From a virus (lineage: Duplodnaviria > Caudoviricetes): DNA of 27,480 nt. This document shows, piece by piece, positions 25,112 through 27,480 of this stretch. Both the position numbers and the translations under genes were made by a program. Location: IMG/VR virus record IMGVR_UViG_3300036778_000003, positions 1 through 27,480 of that record. One strand, 5' to 3'. The notes under the pieces were generated by a model. That model did no database searches. It saw only the letters and a list, made by a program, of their open reading frames with translations, and was not told the DNA's origin. Numbering within the stretch: position 1 is the stretch's first letter; each line of letters opens with the position of its first letter.

Positions 25112-26425
25112 TTAGATAATTTCAGAAACGGCCTGAGCGATTCGCACGCCCAGGTAAGCGTGGCCCGCGTCAGTCGGATGAACACCGTCGCCGCCTGTGT
25201 ACATCGATTTATTTGCAGCACTGACCCAGTTGTCTACGTCAATGAACGGGATGTTCAGCTCTTCACAGACTTCAATTTCAGCCTGTCTGATTGTCGTGAT
25301 GATGCCGACGCGACCAAGCGGCGTGGCCGGGCCAATGTTGATGACGATTGCCGCCGGGCACAACTCCCGCACACGTTTGTACGACAGTCGAATGTTTTCT
25401 TTCAGTTGCTCAGTTCGCCCCACTGCGGCGTCGTTGTAGCCCATCGAGAAAAACACCAAATCAGGTGCTCGCGTTATGCTGCCCAGCTTCAATTCAATAC
25501 GCTGAGGCGGCACACGGCCATCCTGAATCGACGTCCAGCCAGCACCACTGATGCCGTCGGCTATCCCTTCAATACCGAGACAATCGCACATCACACGGAA
25601 CACGTTGAATGAACCTTGCGTCGCGCCGATTCCTACCGTGTATGAATCGCCCTCCTGCCATGCCAGCAGTTTTCGCATTCCCGTGGGTTTCCAGATGCTG
25701 AACGGCTGGGCAGCGTTCACGCCCCCGAATCCGGTATTGATGCCGCACAGCCGATAATGTCGAATCTCCGATGAGCCGTTCCAGTCGATGACATAGACGT
25801 AGGACGCACCTGATGTGTCCGTTTTTACGGCCTTAGCCGCAATTCTCTGACCGTTGACGTAGACATCACCCTGATAATTCCCGCCTGAGAAACGGTATTC
25901 GAGGTAATCGGCATCGGAATAAAACTCGATGATGGCCTGCGTGCCGTTCTGCACTCCGTTACCGCGATAGCCTGACGTTATGTCCTTCGGGGAGTAACCA
26001 AGGAATTCGAATGCATCCGCATCTGTACGGCTGAACAGCTTCGGGTTATAAATCGATGAAGCCGTGCTGGCATTCCAGCCGAGATTGAATTGTGCCCCTG
26101 TACCATCACCCCCTGTCACTTCAACCGGATTACCTGGCTGCACTGAGTAAACACCAGCGGTCTGCACGGCAGCAGCGGTAATCACTCCGTCATCATCGAC
26201 CGCCGTCACGCGAAGGCGCCCGGTGAAATCAGACTCACCACCAACCGGTGTCAGGTTATCCCCGACAGCGTATCCGTCACCACCGGAGACGATACTCGCA
26301 GATGACAGACCCACACCGCGAGCTAACGTGGTGATCGGCGGGTTATCCATAACCGGCAGCGGCGCGATTAACACCGCCGGGAAAAGACGTGATAATTTTT
26401 TCGGCGTTGGGTTATACATCGGCAT
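25112..26425 (-). CDS. Multidomain SGNH/GDSL esterase
   Basis: Blocks GDSY, GISG.G, G.ND and DGVHP in the C-terminal ~190 aa; Gly-rich beta N-terminal region; no signal peptide. Confidence 0.9.
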   Translation of the reverse strand: MPMYNPTPKKLSRLFPAVLIAPLPVMDNPPITTLARGVGLSSASIVSGGDGYAVGDNLTPVGGESDFTGRLRVTAVDDDGVITAAAVQTAGVYSVQPGNPVEVTGGDGTGAQFNLGWNASTASSIYNPKLFSRTDADAFEFLGYSPKDITSGYRGNGVQNGTQAIIEFYSDADYLEYRFSGGNYQGDVYVNGQRIAAKAVKTDTSGASYVYVIDWNGSSEIRHYRLCGINTGFGGVNAAQPFSIWKPTGMRKLLAWQEGDSYTVGIGATQGSFNVFRVMCDCLGIEGIADGISGAGWTSIQDGRVPPQRIELKLGSITRAPDLVFFSMGYNDAAVGRTEQLKENIRLSYKRVRELCPAAIVINIGPATPLGRVGIITTIRQAEIEVCEELNIPFIDVDNWVSAANKSMYTGGDGVHPTDAGHAYLGVRIAQAVSEII

Positions 26426-26723
26426 AGTGGAACCTCACCGCCGTATAAGGCACAGGGCTGTCTGCATATACGCTGACGGCATTGATACCCGGCAATTCGA
26501 GATAACCATTCGTCAGCAAACGGAAACTGCCCGGCTGATTACCCGCTTCCCCGGTGAGGCTGAGATACAGCACATCGCTGTCGCTCATATTTTGAATGCA
26601 CGTCAGCACACCTGACTCGTCATAGGCGAGTATTTCAACGCTCGCACCCGCTGTTGTTACGCCACTAAAATCAGTCGCAACGGTTGCGGCTGTCGTTGCT
26701 TCGGCAGGAAATCGGTTGCTCAT
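26412..26723 (-). CDS. Hypothetical small beta-rich protein
   Basis: 103 aa; overlaps both neighbours; IQN.S....LY.......A.....F.L..NG pattern. Confidence 0.75.
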   Translation of the reverse strand: MSNRFPAEATTAATVATDFSGVTTAGASVEILAYDESGVLTCIQNMSDSDVLYLSLTGEAGNQPGSFRLLTNGYLELPGINAVSVYADSPVPYTAVRFHYADV

Positions 26724-27220
26724 GTGTCATCCACCATAGCCATCCAGTAACGCCGCCCGCCTACGTACAGATACAGCGTTGTGGCATTCTTTTGTTCATC
26801 TTCCAGCACCAGGTAAAATCCCGAGGCATTCGCGGGAATGTCGGTCTGATGTGTGACGGTCGTTGCGGGGTTGCCAGCCAGCGCCTCGGTTGCAAAGTAG
26901 ATTTGCTGCATCGCGTCAAGAATGGCGTTATTAGGGGCGCTACATGAAATAGTCAGGTAATCGTTCAGAGTTCCATCTTTCGAATTGGCAGTGATTGTTA
27001 TGTTGCCAAGGTACAATCTCGCCTTGTTCTGATACTGCGCATCAACATTATACATCCCGTCAAAAAGCGACAGAGAGTAACTACCATCATCGCCTGTTAG
27101 CATTTCGGCGCTAAGTTGATTGAATGAATTAGCACTATTGCCAAGCTGCGTGAATGTGATTGTTGCTCCAGGAACAATTTCGCCAGATGGGCGCTGGTAG
27201 ATGCCTGATAATGTGATCAT
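26720..27220 (-). CDS. Protein with lambda Stf-like tail fibre N-terminal domain
   Basis: Start ATG 27220 (GAGG SD; TGATG overlap with Rz). LSG....P.G..V....I...DDGSYS.....G.Y.V...G.ITI...S.DGTLNDYL aligns with the lambda Stf N-terminus (...GTLNDFL). Confidence 0.85.
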   Translation of the reverse strand: MITLSGIYQRPSGEIVPGATITFTQLGNSANSFNQLSAEMLTGDDGSYSLSLFDGMYNVDAQYQNKARLYLGNITITANSKDGTLNDYLTISCSAPNNAILDAMQQIYFATEALAGNPATTVTHQTDIPANASGFYLVLEDEQKNATTLYLYVGGRRYWMAMVDDT

Positions 27221-27480
27221 CAATTTCCTCTCAGGCACTGAGTGCTGATGTATTCCTGCAACCCAGCAATCATTTTGCCGCTGGTTTCGATTCGCTCTCT
27301 GAGTGTGAAATAATCCCGTTCAGCGGAATCAGTAAGTCGGGGGCTGGCTGCATCATCCAGGCTGGGGGCGGTGGTGGCTTTACGCACGGCTGGGCAGGTT
27401 GCGGCGACGCGCAGCCGTTTAGCGCCAGAATCGACATCCCGACGCAGATCGCTAATGGTGTTTTTCGCATCAGCTAACTC
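27220..27480 (-). CDS. Rz: Rz i-spanin, 3' part (truncated by window edge; absent from ORF track)
   Basis: Manual translation ELADAKNTISDLRRDVDSGAKRLRVAATC...PRLTDSAERDYFTLRERI...GLQEYISTQCLRGN*. Confidence 0.93.
   Translation of the reverse strand, partial: ELADAKNTISDLRRDVDSGAKRLRVAATCPAVRKATTAPSLDDAASPRLTDSAERDYFTLRERIETSGKMIAGLQEYISTQCLRGN
27270..27470 (-). CDS. Rz1: Rz1 o-spanin lipoprotein embedded in Rz
   Basis: Lipobox LALNG-C and proline-rich CVKPPPPPAWMMQP; nested in the +1 frame of Rz. Confidence 0.93.
   Translation of the reverse strand: MRKTPLAICVGMSILALNGCASPQPAQPCVKPPPPPAWMMQPAPDLLIPLNGIISHSESESKPAAK

Larger units (their letters stand above)
114..27480. mobile_element. Prophage (temperate myovirus-type virion module with lambdoid/P22-like accessory modules); continues beyond the right edge
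   Basis: Integrase next to a tRNA, followed by a contiguous set of head, tail, baseplate, terminase and spanin genes. Confidence 0.97.

Noticed and set aside
24926-25612. 228-aa plus-strand ORF and the other antisense ORFs over structural genes (e.g. 12336-12902, 20268-20765)
   Set aside because: They are shadows of well-supported minus-strand genes, with no recognisable motifs.

Overview
The window is the left end (attL side) of an enterobacterial prophage integrated in tRNA-Arg(CCT) (argW). A KplE1/Sf6/HK620-type IntS integrase with its attL binding-site array follows the tRNA. The minus strand then carries a complete late operon for a contractile-tailed (myovirus-type) virion, read from right to left: Rz/Rz1 spanins, terminase, DUF1073 portal, Mu-F-like protein, DUF2213 protease/scaffold, DUF2184 capsid, neck, DUF3383 sheath, tube, frameshifted chaperones, SLT-bearing tape measure, baseplate, fibre and Tfa. 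Two accessory blocks interrupt it. (1) A full P22-like immI module (mnt, arc, sar RNA, ant) plus candidate membrane/periplasmic morons lies between the tape measure and baseplate genes. (2) A translationally coupled cassette between Rz and terS encodes a lambda Stf N-terminal-domain protein, a small beta-rich protein, a multidomain SGNH esterase and a degenerate DUF4406 protein. Block 2 is the best candidate for an undescribed system, possibly an accessory esterase-tipped virion appendage. Family assignments come from motif recognition and synteny, not database searches.
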